In this document: one piece after another, positions 12,720 to 27,337 of the stretch
Numbering within the stretch: the first letter of the stretch is position 1
Layout: every line of letters starts with the position of its first letter
Assembly: GCF_009914755.1 (NCBI RefSeq)
Contig: NC_060926.1
DNA: 64,000 bases
Source of the DNA: the human T2T-CHM13v2.0 reference genome, Homo sapiens
Direction: 5' to 3' (one strand)
Made by a program: the position numbers and the translations under genes
The notes under the pieces: generated by a model
Database searches by the model: none
Told to the model about the DNA's origin: nothing
The model's input: only the letters and a program-made list of their open reading frames with translations

Positions 12720-12852
12720 TCATCTCCTCATGTGCAGGTGAGGAAATTGAGCTTAAGAGATGAGTTTGAGATCACACAACTTATCAGCAGCTGGCAGTGT
12801 CAGATCCACGTTCTCTTGAATCAGTGTTCCTCGTGGTTTTCTCTCCACCACA
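12720..12852 (-). mobile_element. MIR fragment
   Basis: caggtgaggaaattgagcttaagaga...gatcacacaactt antisense MIR core. Confidence 0.5.
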
Positions 12853-12899
12853 GCACTAATTTCAGGCTGAGTTTCCTCAGGCCCTCAGCCTGAAATTAG

Positions 12900-13665
<766 letters not shown>

Positions 13666-16569
13666 GCTGTTGAGCTCCCTCTGGATGTGTTAGTCCACAG
13701 GAGAATTAGGACCTGGGTTAGGTATCAACAATAACAGTAGCTTCATCAGTAGTCTGGGCTCTTAATTCCCACCTTTCTCCTTGGAATTTGCTCCATCAGG
13801 AATTAATGACTTAAAATATCTGCTTACATTGTCACCTCAGCCACTAGATTGTGAGTTCCTTTAGGAAAGGACTATGATTTATTTAACACCAGTGCCTGAC
13901 TCATGAAAGACATTTTTTTTAATGTGAGAAGGAATTGCTAATTTAGTGACAAATTTTTATTAGTTGGATGGATTAGCTAATTAATTAATGCAGCATTCAA
14001 TTTACAGATGCACAATATTACAAAAACAAAACCTGATTCTTAGGAGTGACAAATCTGGAAAAGTAACAAAAAGGCATCTTAAAAAAATACAGGGATATGC
14101 TTACCAGTTTCAGAGGTATAATTATTTAAAGTTATTTTAGAAAGAAACTCTTCCCTTCCTGTCCCCATATTTTTGACTTGGCATCCAAGAAAGGGAAATT
14201 ATGCCCATCCTTTTACCATAGATTCATATAAAAATACTGTACATGATTATAGTGATGTATGATTTCCTAAAGGAATGTGCAACATTTTATTTGATCTATA
14301 CAACAAACTGGTGATGTAAGCAAGGAGAGATTAGAGGATCACATTTCCTGTTATGGGACAAAAATTAATAATATAGGAATAAATAATTTAGAAATGCTTA
14401 TAGACTTATTCCTTTTCCAACCTCACCAAAAAGAATCCTGTAAATGCTAGGCCAATTTTCACCTCCTATGGTCTTCGAAGAGGAAAGATTCTTTTTGATG
14501 ATAGAAGAGATAAATCTACGTATAACAGTACTGGAGGGTAGGGAGGGAGGACGGAAGTGGCAGAAAACTGTATGAGTAAGGAGTGAAAGAGGAAGCCTTT
14601 TATTTTCTCCCTGGAGATCAGAACCAGAGCAGCTACGATAAGAAAGTAGGTTGGAGACGCAAGAGAATTTGCATAAGTGTTTCTGAGAACCATATATTTT
14701 CATCCCCTTTAGTGTCTTCAGAGCGGCATGAATAATAAATAGAATTCCATCTTTGTTACTTTCAGTTTGGGGACATTGCTGCTTAAATCTGAAACTGCTC
14801 TGAGACTGAAGCACATGGGTCTCTGAGTTTATTAGGGTTACACATAGACAATGAAACACATGGTCAGAGAGGTTAAGAGAATGATCTATTAATAGTAGAA
14901 CCTAACTACTGCTTAAAGCCCTATGCCATGCCTTATCCTTCCACTTCACCCTACAAAACTAAAGTGTATACATTTGTTTCAGTTGTTGCTGCTTGCTTGT
15001 TTGCTTTTCTGTTTTGAGCTTTTCTTTTCTTTTGTGGAGGGTAAGAAAGGTAAGCTTGTGTGCTCTTCCCAGTTCATGGAAGCTCGTCAAGTTTTCAGTT
15101 TGCATTATCAAGCAAATGCTTTGCAGGATCAGGAGTTTTTAAATTTCTTTATATTTTTTATTTTCCTTATTTTTGGCACCTTATCCAAGACCTGTGAGTC
15201 CCTCTGGGCTGTGTGTCTGAGAAGTGATAATTGAATTTCTCAGGGTGCAAGTCACTGGGAAGCTGAGTTTGCGGCATGTTAGCTTGGTATCTCTCTTTAT
15301 TTCTGAGCACCCCCACCCTCTCTCAGGCCAAGTCACAGCTGAATGCTTCACATTAAAACGCACAAAAACATGAATCCGTAGGGCAATACACCAATGGAAT
15401 CTTTAGGATTCAGACTCATAATAGTTCATCTCTTGCTTGGTCTGCCCTGAGGTTCTGAGTGAGATTATCCTGCTTGCTCACACCTTATTAATTTTGATTT
15501 ATCTAAGGGAGAGATGTAGAAATGTCCTCACCTATGTTTGTGCTTCAGGTAAGTCAAAGATGTTTGTTTCTATCTACTTAAGAGAGTAAACAACTGAGTC
15601 TTGGTATAGTCAGGCATAGGCTTTGGTGGAGAGATTTGGATGCTTAGGCTCCTATTTGACAGAAAGCAAGGCCTGGAGCTGAGAACCCCAAACAGGTAAT
15701 CCTTGGGAAGGTATGTCTGGGTGTCACGGTAGTCAGCTGAGAATGTAAAGTGCTGCCTATGGCTAAGGGTATGGGATAGACTGTTGCCTACTTGACCCTC
15801 TCTGCAGTGTCTACAGTGAGTTTTGTTTGTTTGTTTTTTAATGTAAGTGGTTGGGAAGAGGAGATCGATGGGAAAGTTACAAAAGAAACAGGAATTTCCA
15901 AAGAATCTGAGAACTTAGAGAGGTGAGAGAAGAGAGAAAGGAAAAGCACTGCCCAGAGAGGAGAGGCCAAGTTGGAGCATCCAGAAAGGCCTGCCATGTT
16001 CCCCTGTGACAGCCCTGCTCTGACAGGGTGAGGGCCTGGGACAGGAGGAGATAGAAGGAAGGGAGAATGGAAGGGAGGAAATGCAAGGATTCGAGCCTCC
16101 TCCACAGATAGGAAAAATTTAGACCAGGGATGCTGATGTCGCTTACTATGATTTATTGTCATTGTGTGGGTGTTCACACAGGGTGTACACACTTTCCATT
16201 CTCCCAGGTCCATGTGATCTGGACTCTAATCTGAGGGATGATCTGACAACAACAACAACAGCTGCAAGAATGTAGAAGGAACCCCAGAAGCTGATGGAGT
16301 TGAACACCTGCTCTAATGGAGGCAGAACATGGGAAAGTGGATTGAAAATGACCAAAAAGAAAAAATTTACCTTTGGTTTCACATATCCCCTGGGCTGCAT
16401 GGGGCCATGATCCGCATCTGGGGGTAAAATATCAGACATGATTATGTTTTGTTTTCCTTCTAATTGAAAGACTAGAATATAAAACGGAAATGAATGGTGA
16501 GAGGCTGGCATATCCAGAAAACAGAGAATAGATCTTCACAGATATACTGAAAATCCATGGGGAGAGATG

Positions 16570-16770
16570 TGGCTTGATGGTGGAGACAGGCGAAGCCATG
16601 AAGGGCTGACAAGTCATGACAAGAGTGGTGTGTTTTACCCTGTAAGTCATAGGGACTCACTGATGACTTTTGAGCAGGGGAGAAACATGATCAGGTTTGG
16701 GTTTGAGAACAATCATTCTGGTTTCAGGGTGGCAAGTGCAGCAGAGGATGGCAGGAGGGCATGGAAAAAG
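16570..16770 (-). mobile_element. L2 fragment
   Basis: cactgatgacttttgagcaggggagaaacatgatcaggtttgggtttgagaacaatcattctgg. Confidence 0.6.
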
Positions 16771-17488
16771 GGATACATCTCCATTCCATAGCATTGAACA
16801 CTGAACTGTCCTCAAGTTCTAGGACTGCAGTGCCTCTGGTCCTTCCCCAGTGGCCAGACTTCCTAAATGGTCAGAACTGAGCTCCATAGACAGGTCTTTT
16901 TTGCGGCTAACGTCCAACCACTTTCTGACTTAGATGGATCCCTCAGAAATGGGAGCAAAAGCTCTTCTAAGTTCCTTGTACATACATATCAGGCATGAAG
17001 GTGGGATATTCTCAGAATCCCAGGAGGGAACAGTGATTGAGGAAACAAGGGCTCCAGGAAAAACATGCTTGGGATTTTATGGAAGAGTTCTGGATTCTGG
17101 AAGAAACTGGAAAAGAAGGAAGTGATCTGTCACTGGGGAAAAAAAATCAACATTTCTGGTTCTACCTTCTTAAATATAAGATTTTATCTCATCATAAAGG
17201 TCACAGTGACCTGGAAAATGAGGACTTCCATCACATTTGTACAGCTTCCCAGGTTTTACAGCTTATTTTCACAAGTGTACTTTATTCCATCCTCATAACT
17301 TCCTTGTGTGTTTGGTCAGCTAGATAAACTCTCAAAAGCCTCAGTGTCCTTGTTTGTTCAGAAATGGGATTAGTATGTGGCCTGCTCACAGTCAGATGGC
17401 TAATCAGCCCAGAGCCAGAAGCTGCTTGCAGGCTAATGGCCAAGCCTATCTCTCAGCACTGCCTCTGCAGCAGGCAAGGCTTGGCCAT

Positions 17489-17645
17489 GTGTGGCTGTGT
17501 GGCCGTGTGGCCGTGCCGCTGTGCGACTGTGTGGCCGTGCGGCCGTGCGGCCGTGCGGCCGTGTGGCCGTGTGGCCGTGTGGTTGTGTGGCCGTGTGGTT
17601 GTGTGGCTGTGTGGTTGTGTGGCTGTGCGGCTGTGTGGCTGTGTG
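17489..17645. repeat. 8-bp tandem repeat (GTGYGGYY)n, about 19-20 copies
   Basis: gtgtggct/gtgtggcc/gtgcggcc/gtgtggtt units seen directly. Confidence 0.95.
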
Positions 17646-17691
17646 CTTGCTTGCATGTGAGTTTGCAAGTGATGAAGGGGAAGCGGGTAGC

Positions 17692-17860
17692 TGTTAGGGG
17701 CTGAATTGTGTTGTCTCCTAAAAATATGTTCAAGTCCTAATCCCCGGTACCTGTGAATGTGACATTATTTGAAAATAGGGTCTTTGCAAATAAAATCAAG
17801 TAAAGATGAAATCATTAGGGTGGGCCCTAATCCAACATTACTGATGTCCTTCTAAGAAGA
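17692..17860 (+). mobile_element. MLT1C LTR, 5' part
   Basis: tgttaggggctgaattgtg...aagtcctaatccccggtacctgtgaatgtgacattatttgaaaatagggtctttgca...gggccctaatccaa. Confidence 0.85.
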
Positions 17861-17872
17861 CAGAACCATATA

Positions 17873-18208
17873 TAGTCATCCCTTAGTATCCACAAAAATT
17901 GATTCCAGGACCCCTGTGGATACCAAAATTTGCAGATGTTCAAGTCCCTTATATAAAATGGAATAGTATTTACATTAACTTACACATGTCCTCCTGTATG
18001 CTTTAAATCATCTCTAGATTACTTTTAATACCTAATACAATGTAAATGCTATATAAGTTGTTGTTATACTGTATTATTTAGAGAATAATGACAAGAAAAA
18101 AGTCTGTACATGTTCATTACAGATGCAACAATGTTGTTTTTCTGAATATTTTTTCCAAGGTTGGTTGAAACCATAGATCTGGAACCCAAGGATATGGAGG
18201 GTTGACAG
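17873..18208 (+). mobile_element. MER2 (Tigger-type MITE)
   Basis: agtcatcccttagtatcc...gattccaggacccc...gataccaaaat...ctttaaatcatctctagattac...ggatatggagggttgac; terminal inverted repeats; inserted after TA. Confidence 0.85.
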
Positions 18209-19066
18209 AGTTCATATCCAAAATAGATAAGAAACTCATACAATTCAACAGGAAATAAATAACCTGCTTAAAAAATAGGCAAAAAAGTACTTACAAAGAC
18301 ATAGATATTTTTCCAAAAAAGACATACAGATGGCCAATAGGTATAGAAAAGATGTTCAACATCCCTAATCATCATGGAAATGCAAATCAAAACCACAATG
18401 AGCTATCACCTCACACCTGTTAGAATAGCTGTCATCAGAAGGACAAAAGACAACAAGTGTTGGTGAGGATGTGGAGAAAAGGGGATACTTATACACGGTT
18501 GGTGGGAATGGAGCTTGATATAGCCATTATAGAAAAGAGTATGGAGGTTCCATAAAAATAGAGCTACCATATGATCCAGCAATTTCATTTCTGGGTATAT
18601 ATCTGAAGGAAATTAAATCAGTTTTTAAGGAGATATCTGCCCTCCCAAGTTCATTGTATTGTTATTTACAATAGCCAAATTATGAACACAGCCTATGTCT
18701 GTTGGTAGACAAATACAATAAATTGTGGTATATATATGCCACAATGTCTTTATTCATATATATAGGAAAATTATTCAGCCTTAAAAAGGAAGGAAATCCT
18801 ACCGTTAGTGACAACCTGGAGGACATTATGCCAAGTAAAATAAGCCATGGACAGAAAGAAAAACACTACATGATCTGACTTATATGTGGAATCTAAAAGA
18901 GTTAAATTTATAGAAGCAGAGAGTAGAATGGTGGTTACCAGGGGTGGAGGCATAGGGGAATTGGGTAGAGGTTGGTGAAAGAATACAAAGTTTCACTTAC
19001 GCAGGATGTGTAAATTCTGGAGAGCTAATGTACAGTGTGGGGACTAGAGTGAATAATAATGTATTG

Positions 19067-19633
19067 CAGTGGTCCCCAATGTTTTTGACACCGGGGACTG
19101 GTTCTGTGGAAGACAACTTTTCCATGGACCAGGATTGGGGGATGGTTTCAGGTTAATTCAAGCACATTACATTTATTGTGTACTTTATTTCTATTCTTAT
19201 TTCATTGTAATATACAATGAAATAATTATACAACTCACCATAATGTAGAATCAGTGGGAGCCCTGAGCTTGTTTTCCTGCAACTAGATAGTCCCATCTGG
19301 AGGTGACAAGAGACAGTGACAGATCATCAGGCATTAGATTCTCATGAGGAGTGTGCAACCTAGATCCCTCAAATGTATAGTTCACAATAGGGTTTGTGCT
19401 CCTGTGAGAATCTGATGCCACCACTGATCTTACAGGAGGTGAAGCTCAGGCGGTAATGTGAGTGATGGGGAGCTGCTGTAAATACAGATGAAGCTTTGCT
19501 CTTGCCTACCCGCCGCCCACTTCATTACCACGAGAGCTAGGAAGAAGTAAGGAAGGAGCCTCTGCAATGTGGCCCAGGTCCTAACAGGCCACAGACCCGT
19601 ACTGGTCCATGGTCCAGGGATTGGGGATCCCTG
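19067..19633 (-). mobile_element. MER1A (hAT-Charlie)
   Basis: TIRs cagtggtcccc / ggggatccctg; internal tagaatcagtgggagccctgagcttgttttcctgcaactaga, ggcattagattctcat; degenerate 8-bp TSD atgtattg/ctgtatca. Confidence 0.9.
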
Positions 19634-19682
19634 CTGTATCATATACTTGACATTTGCTAAGAGAGTAGATCTTGTGTTCTTA

Positions 19683-19704
19683 ACACACACACACACACAC
19701 ACAC
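19683..19704. repeat. (AC)11 microsatellite within the L1 3'UTR
   Basis: Seen directly. Confidence 0.9.
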
Positions 19705-19800
19705 GGTACCTATGGGAAGACATGGATATGTTACTTAGCCTGATTGTAGTATTCAGTTGTACATCTTAGATATATACAATTATGATTTAAAAAAGAAAAA

Positions 19801-20079
19801 GGAAACAGAGACACACAGGAAGAATGTCATGTGATAATGACAGCGAGTGTCATCTGCAAACCAAGGAACTCCATGCAGCTGCAAGTCAAGGAACACCAGG
19901 GCTCCACAGCCACCTCCAGGGCTAGGAAGAAGTAGGGAAGGAGTCTCAGAGGGAACATGGCTCTGCTGACACCTTGATTTCAGACTTCATGCCTCCAAAA
20001 CTGGGAGAATAAACTTTTGTTGTTTTAAGTCACCTAATTGGTGGCACTGTGTTGCAGCAGCCACAGGAATTTAAGTGCA
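19801..20079 (+). mobile_element. MLT1C LTR, 3' part
   Basis: cagagacacacagg...ctgctgacaccttgatttcagacttc...gaataaacttttgttgttttaag...gcagccacaggaa continues the LTR begun at 17692. Confidence 0.85.
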
Positions 20080-21351
20080 CTTGGACCCATGGAAGTCGCT
20101 GCTGTGCTCTCCAGCTATCAGCTCATGAAGGCAGGACTTACAAAGAAACTCCTCTGCCCATCAAAGTGCATGTCAGAGCGTCATTGAATCTTAGGGGGAC
20201 GAGTTAGCAAACAAAAACCTGCCTTCCTAACCAGGCAAAATGATAAAAGTTGATTTTATTCCTTACATCTCCTTTCGGGTTTGGTGTTATCTTTCAACAC
20301 TGATATGCCAAAAGGTTCTATGGGGCATGAGAGAGGTGGGGATAGTCAAATGACTAAACCATTAGCAATGTGCCCACATTTCCTGAAAGACTGTGGGAGG
20401 ACACAATATATGAAGTACCTTACCACCTATGCACATCATTCTAGTCAGAATACTAATTTGTTAACTGATTGATTTCTTGCCATATTATATAAAAAGGGTC
20501 AAAATTATCAGACAGCTCTACTCTTATGCTAATGGAAAAGGAATACTTTAGACATAGATGTTGTGAGCAAAGTGAAATTACACACCAGGGCAATTATGTG
20601 GAGATCTTGAGGCAAGGAGCACTCCTACCTTCTGATACAGAAAGAAAAGGGAAGCTCTGTCTGCTCTGAAAATACCCAATCTGGAAAGCTATGGATTCGA
20701 TTATTTCCTTTATGATCCCCCAACAGAAGATAGATTTTCAGAGGTCCTACCTGGATACCTGGAGATGGGATGGTGGGTCTTGCTGAGCACCTGTAAGGTC
20801 TGGTAAGGATGACATAATTCAGGACTGGGCTGTTTTGGGCTTTCATTCAGTGAACCTGAATCCCATACTTCAAACCATTAGGAAGAGTCCTATGCCTCCC
20901 CAGATAACTATTCAACTAGACTATGGGTCAGTTGACTTCAGCTTGATGGATTTAGTGGAGAATAGAAATTATCTGCCCTCACTCTTCTCATAGAAGTCAT
21001 GCAATCTGGGGTTTCTCTAACTTGCTGGGGTGAAGAAAAGGGGAAGAGGAGGTCAAAAGGGGGGTTGTTGAAGAGAAGAGGTACAGAAGAAAGAGATAAG
21101 GAAGTAAAAACCAGTCACATTTAAATTCTATCCAGAGAGAGCATGCATTTATGAGCATATGTGTGTCACATAAGTACGTATTCTAAGGCAAACCTAACAG
21201 GGAGAAGATTCTCAATGTAAGCACAGAACTTTCATCTGTGGTTGACCTCCTAGTGCCCCAAGTTACACGAGACCCTAGGGACAAGGGGGGCTTTGCTCCC
21301 TCAGGAAAAAAAGCCATTCTCTCATTCTGTGTCAAGACCCTGGAGGCTCTT

Positions 21352-21359
21352 TGACGTCA
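21352..21359. promoter_or_regulatory. Full palindromic CRE motif TGACGTCA (motif only)
   Basis: Exact match in non-repeat sequence; function not shown. Confidence 0.25.
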
Positions 21360-22059
21360 GAACTGCTCACCCCACCTCCCTTTGGCCTTTGGTGGATGCT
21401 GCTCCCAGACCCCCTTGGAAGTCCCATCCTTCACAGAGACGTTTTTACTGCTCTTATCTTCCCACAAACTACCCCTCTCCCAGACCCTAGGAAATCAAAG
21501 TGCTAGGAATGACATGGTGCCTTTGTGGAGAAATGAAGACGGTTTTGTCCCCGCAGGCTCCCAGAAGCCTGCAGTGATTGAGGGAGTTTGGGCGTGGCAA
21601 AGAGCTAGGGAGGAGCAGGGCCTTCAGCCAGTCCCATGGCCAACGAGAAGGTACCAGGGCAGCCCCTGCCCACATGGGGAAGGACGAAGACCCTCATCAC
21701 AGAATTCTCATTCACTGTCTGGTTCACTGTTGGGTCAGTGTTGCCAGATCCCAGTTTTCTCCATGAGGTAGGTCTATTTCCCAAGCCATAGAAATGTTGG
21801 GGGAAGGAGATTGTATTGAGAAAGTGTGCTAGAAACTCAGAATTTGAAAATTTGAAGGAAATGGAAAGTTCATACAAAAAGACCCTTTGCTTCTCTCCCT
21901 TCCCCCCACAAATGGACTCCTCCTGCAAAACTCTTTTTCTATTACTGACGTCCACATGCCTCCAGTTATCCAGGCTCATAAAACATTCTCTGTTTCCTCC
22001 CTTAACCCTGCCTGCTCCAAATCCTTTGAATGTACCTTGGAAATGCCTCTCCGATTCAT

Positions 22060-22232
22060 GCTTTTACTTAGCAGCTGTAAGTCTCAGTTTCCAAACTTGA
22101 AAATAATAATAGACCTACTTCATAGGATTGTTATAATGATTAAATGTGCTGATGAAAGTAAAACCCTTAGTGCAATGGTTAGCACATAGTAAGAGCTAAG
22201 TTAAAATGACCTATATCATTATTTTTATTATT
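22060..22232 (+). mobile_element. MIR SINE
   Basis: gtctcagtttcc...aaaataataatagacctacttcataggattgtt...gcacatagtaagagct. Confidence 0.7.
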
Positions 22233-22239
22233 ATCCCCT

Positions 22240-22510
22240 TTGCCAGCCTTCTCTCCAAGTCCTCATCACTTCAAGCCAGGATCCTTGCAATATTCTCCTA
22301 CTGGTGTTTCTGTCTGCAGTCACTCTTCTGTCCTGTAAATGAAGCCTGCATACTCCTGACATATTAATATTCCTCAAATACAATTTTTGCCATAGTATCC
22401 CTTTGCTTGAGCTTCCAATGATTCCAAATTGCCAGTTATACTGAGTCAATGTTCCTCAGACTAGTATCCCAGGCTCTCCTTTTCTAATACTACAACCCAA
22501 CATAGAACTT
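22240..22510 (+). mobile_element. L2 fragment
   Basis: ctcatcacttcaagccaggatccttgcaatattctcctactggt... resembles the L2 ORF2 end. Confidence 0.45.
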
Positions 22511-22554
22511 CAACTCCAGCATTGTTGGTATGTCTCTGGCTTCAGCAAAGCTGA

Positions 22555-22902
<348 letters not shown>

Positions 22903-24861
22903 TGAGATAATGCTACCTCTTTCTTTTCTCCATTCCCAATCCATTTGACCCATCCCAGCTGCAGTCCTAGAGCCTCGACTCTATCTTTTTCACCTTCTGA
23001 TGGTCAGTGGGGGTATTACAGTACAGATAAAACAGCATGCTGCCCTGACCAGAGTAATGGGATTTTACAAATGGAGCAGGTGGTGTCTGAGAGGGAGATT
23101 GTATACTTTATTCTTGGAGACTGATTAGTTCATCCTGATTCGATCTCACTTTCGTCTCTCTTATTATCTGCATTAGTAAAATTCCAGATCTTGAGTTTCA
23201 GTGTGTTTAGTATGAAAAAAAAAGAAATCCACTGGATCTCAAATGGGAGATGTGAAGTGGAAAATTTTTTGATGTTTTTCTTCCTATGAAGATTTTTTTG
23301 TTTGATTAGAGAGGAAAAAAAAACATGGGAGAGGACTATAAATCCATGAGAAATGTTCCCAACTCTAAGTGAGGAAATATTTCAGTAGGGTCTACAACTT
23401 GGGGTCATCTATGTGGAAGGGAAATATTGGAGCATAGGAAGAGATATTCCAATCTTCTTTCTTTGTCATGTATATCTTTGGTCACACATTTGTAAACAAT
23501 CTAGGAAAAAAGGAAGTTGGGTTCTTTTTTCTAATTCCATCATCAAGGCATACTTATCAAATGACTATCCCAATATAATTTATACCACTGAGAGTTTGAA
23601 TTTCTTTCTTTCCCTACCACCTTATCTTGGTTGGTCCACTTGAAAAAGAATGAAAGAAATAATCTCTAGAGTGACACCTTAATTACACACACCTAAAATG
23701 AACAGGTATTTGCCATGTATGGGAAAGTGAGTGAGACTAGACTTGTACATACACAGAACAATAGATCTCTAGCAAAGCAGTAAGCAAGTATCATGAACTG
23801 TCACCTGGAGATACTTACACTAAACACAAGAAATCACTTCCTATCTCTATCACTGTCTGTGTGGTCTGGAAACACAGAGTACCTTTACAACTGAGATGAT
23901 ATGGGTTCCGGCAGTAGAGGCAGGAGAGCGGATGCAATGTCCCCTCTAGATCCCTTTCACCATGGGTATTCAGATCCTAGAGGACTAATCTGTCTACAGC
24001 AGAACATATTTACAGCCTGCTTTCTTTTTCCTCCCTTTCTGTCTCCACCCAATTTCTATTCCCAAGGGATAGAGGCTTTGATAGAGGATAGCAACCCAAG
24101 ATGATGCAATGCATTTGTTTTGGCCTCCACTGGAGTCTGTGTCTGTTATTAGAGGGTGGTGCTGGGTCTGGCCTTCCCACTGGCTTAGTCCCAGGATCAG
24201 GACCCATTCCACCAGGACCATGACTCACCTCTGTGTTAGAGGGCTTCTTGAAATCATGGGTTGAGGTTGGGTACCCAGGCCCTTGGGGCCCCAGTGATGC
24301 TCCAGGTTGCCCACCCAGAGCCAGAAGGGGTGTGGGCTCTCTGCCTCCACCTTTCTTTATGTCTGCATGTCACACATCCAAATCCCTTTGCGTCTCTCTC
24401 TCTTCCTACTGCTGTGCAAATTTGTGTATATTTCTAGGCAAGGGGAGGAAACTCAATTACATGATAGTATATCAATTAAATGCAATAAAAACTTTTTACA
24501 ACCACTGTGCTTGGAGATGGGGTGGAGTTTGTGGACAAATATGAGAATAATCACTTAAAAATTTTATAATAAACTGTCTATTTTATTTTAGAGATAATTG
24601 AAAATACAGAAGAATAAAAAGCCATAAAAATCCTAGCAAAAACAAAACAAGACTATAATTCCATTCCAGAAATACATATTACTAATATTTTGAACCTATC
24701 TTTTCAGATGTATTCTACTCATGTGCACATTTTAAAGGTATATAACAATAGAATCTGACTTTTTTGATAATCTGTTCTTAATTATTTCTGCCCTTAACAA
24801 TATAGAATGAGTAAATATTAAACTTCCATAGTTCTAAACTTAGACATGCTTGCCCTGTATT

Positions 24862-25060
24862 CTGCACTGTTCAAGGTAGTAGCCAATAGCCATATGTGGC
24901 TATCTAAATTTAAATTAATGACAATTTAAATAAAATTTTAAAATTTAACTCTTCAGACTAAATTTTAGACTTAAAACTAGACACTAGACATGTGGCTAGT
25001 GTCTACAGTACAGATAAAGAATATTTTCAGCATCACAGAAAGTACTATTGGACAGTTCTG
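24862..25060 (-). mobile_element. MER3 (hAT-Charlie MITE)
   Basis: ctgcactgttcaa..gtagccaatagccatatgtggctat...catgtggctagt...catcacagaaagtactattggacagttctg. Confidence 0.8.
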
Positions 25061-25512
25061 TTCTAGGAAGATACATTTTTATAAGAACTATCTTGAAGTT
25101 GAAGGTCTTAGTCGCACCTATATGCCATATTTACACTTAATTTATAATTACTGATGGAGAAGAAACTGCCTGATCTAATTTTTAAATATTCACAACATTT
25201 ATTTTTTTTAACAAATGTCCACAAGACCTAATGGGACTGGAATACAAAGATAAAAATGTGTGTTGCCTGCCTTCCAAGCCCCTAAGTCCAGGTACTATTT
25301 AAATAAATAAATAAATAAATAAATATATATATTTTTTTTAATTGACACACTGTAATCATGCATTTTTATGGGGTACAATTTGTAATTTGTGTTTGGTACT
25401 AGGTGTTTTGAAGCACTGTTGACTAACTCATTACTTGGAAGTCACCTTTCTTTACCATGTCCCAACAGACAGCCCTTGCTGCCTTGTCCTTAGGCTCTCA
25501 GTGCCTTTTAAG

Positions 25513-26294
<782 letters not shown>

Positions 26295-26399
26295 TCTTTT
26301 CTTACATCTCTCTACACATGCCAGTCAGCCACCCTGATTTTTAAGAACAATTATAACTTGGTTTTTTATGTCTTAGCAGATGAAAATTTCAAGTTAGGT

Positions 26400-26783
26400 T
26401 GATATGGTTTGGCTCCGTGTCCTCATCGAAATCTCCTGTTGAATTGTAATCCCCAGTGTTGGGGAAAGCACCTGGTGCGAGGTAATTGAATCAAGGAGGC
26501 AGATTTCCCCCTTGCTGTTCTCCTGAAAGTGAATGCGTTCTCATGAGATCTGGTTGTTCGAAAGTGTATAGCACTTCCCCTTTCTTTCTCCCTCTCCTGC
26601 TCCACCATGGTAAGATGTGTCTGCTTCCCCTTCACCTTCTGCCATGATTGTAAGTCTCCTGAGGCCTCCGCAGCCATGCTTCATGTACAGCCTGCAGAAC
26701 TGTGAGTCAAGTAAGCCTCTTTTCTTCATAAATTACCCAGTGTTGGGTAATTCTTTATAGCAATGTGAAAACGGACTAATACA
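26400..26783 (+). mobile_element. MaLR solo LTR, MSTA/THE1D-like
   Basis: tgatatggtttggct...ccatgattgtaagt...tgtgagtcaa...aacggactaataca; 5-bp TSD taggt/taggc. Confidence 0.93.
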
Positions 26784-27184
26784 TAGGCTTTCCTCCTCCT
26801 TTTCTACTACCCCTTTGCTTTTCTTTGAGGTTTTGTTTTTTCATATTGAATGACCAAAATCATGTCCCTAGGATGGGGAAAAAATCTAATGAATTAATTC
26901 ACAGACTGTCAATATCTGACAACATCCAAGCTACCAGTTCTTTAAGTCAATAAAATCTGTTTAATTTTCATAGACTGGTGATGACTAACTCTGCCGTAGG
27001 GAAAATTTGGGTTCTTGATTTTTCTCAAAGTTTTTATTCAAGGTTCCAGAAAGTGGAATTGGCTGTGAGAAAGGTCCTCAGGTACTCATTGTAAACACAT
27101 TTCTGCCTCCTATCCCCTGCCCTCACCTCTTCTGCCAAAATATTCCCTGTTCAAGGGGTATACTGGATGGTTTTATCTTCACCA

Positions 27185-27325
27185 TTATGATTATTAAAAG
27201 CTAATATAAACAGAATACATCTATGTGATAGATATCATGTCAAGAATTTTACATACACTATACTCATTGGTTCATCACCAACTGAGACTTTGTACTCCAT
27301 TATCAGCTCCATTTATAATAAGAAC
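27185..27325 (-). mobile_element. MIR fragment
   Basis: attattaaaagctaatat...ttttacatac...ctcatt...ccatttata antisense MIR 3' half. Confidence 0.4.
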
Positions 27326-27337
27326 AGTTCTACCTCT

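Larger units (their letters stand above)
17862..19800 (+). mobile_element. L1MA/MB-type 3' fragment inserted in MLT1C (itself interrupted by MER2 and MER1A)
   Basis: ORF2-end motifs aaatgcaaatcaaaaccacaatgag...tgttggtgaggatgtggagaaa; 3'UTR ttgctaagagagtagatctt; A-rich end at about 19790. Confidence 0.85.

Noticed and set aside
14398-14859. Longest ORF outside the L1 block (153 aa, minus strand)
   Set aside because: No recognisable domain, composition typical of random sequence, and no supporting exon structure.
17489-17645. Possible CRISPR-like array
   Set aside because: Contiguous 8-bp units with no spacers, in a primate genomic context.
17354-17733. Overlapping Cys/His-rich ORFs resembling metallothionein or keratin-associated proteins
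   Set aside because: Translations of the stop-free 8-bp tandem repeat in several frames.
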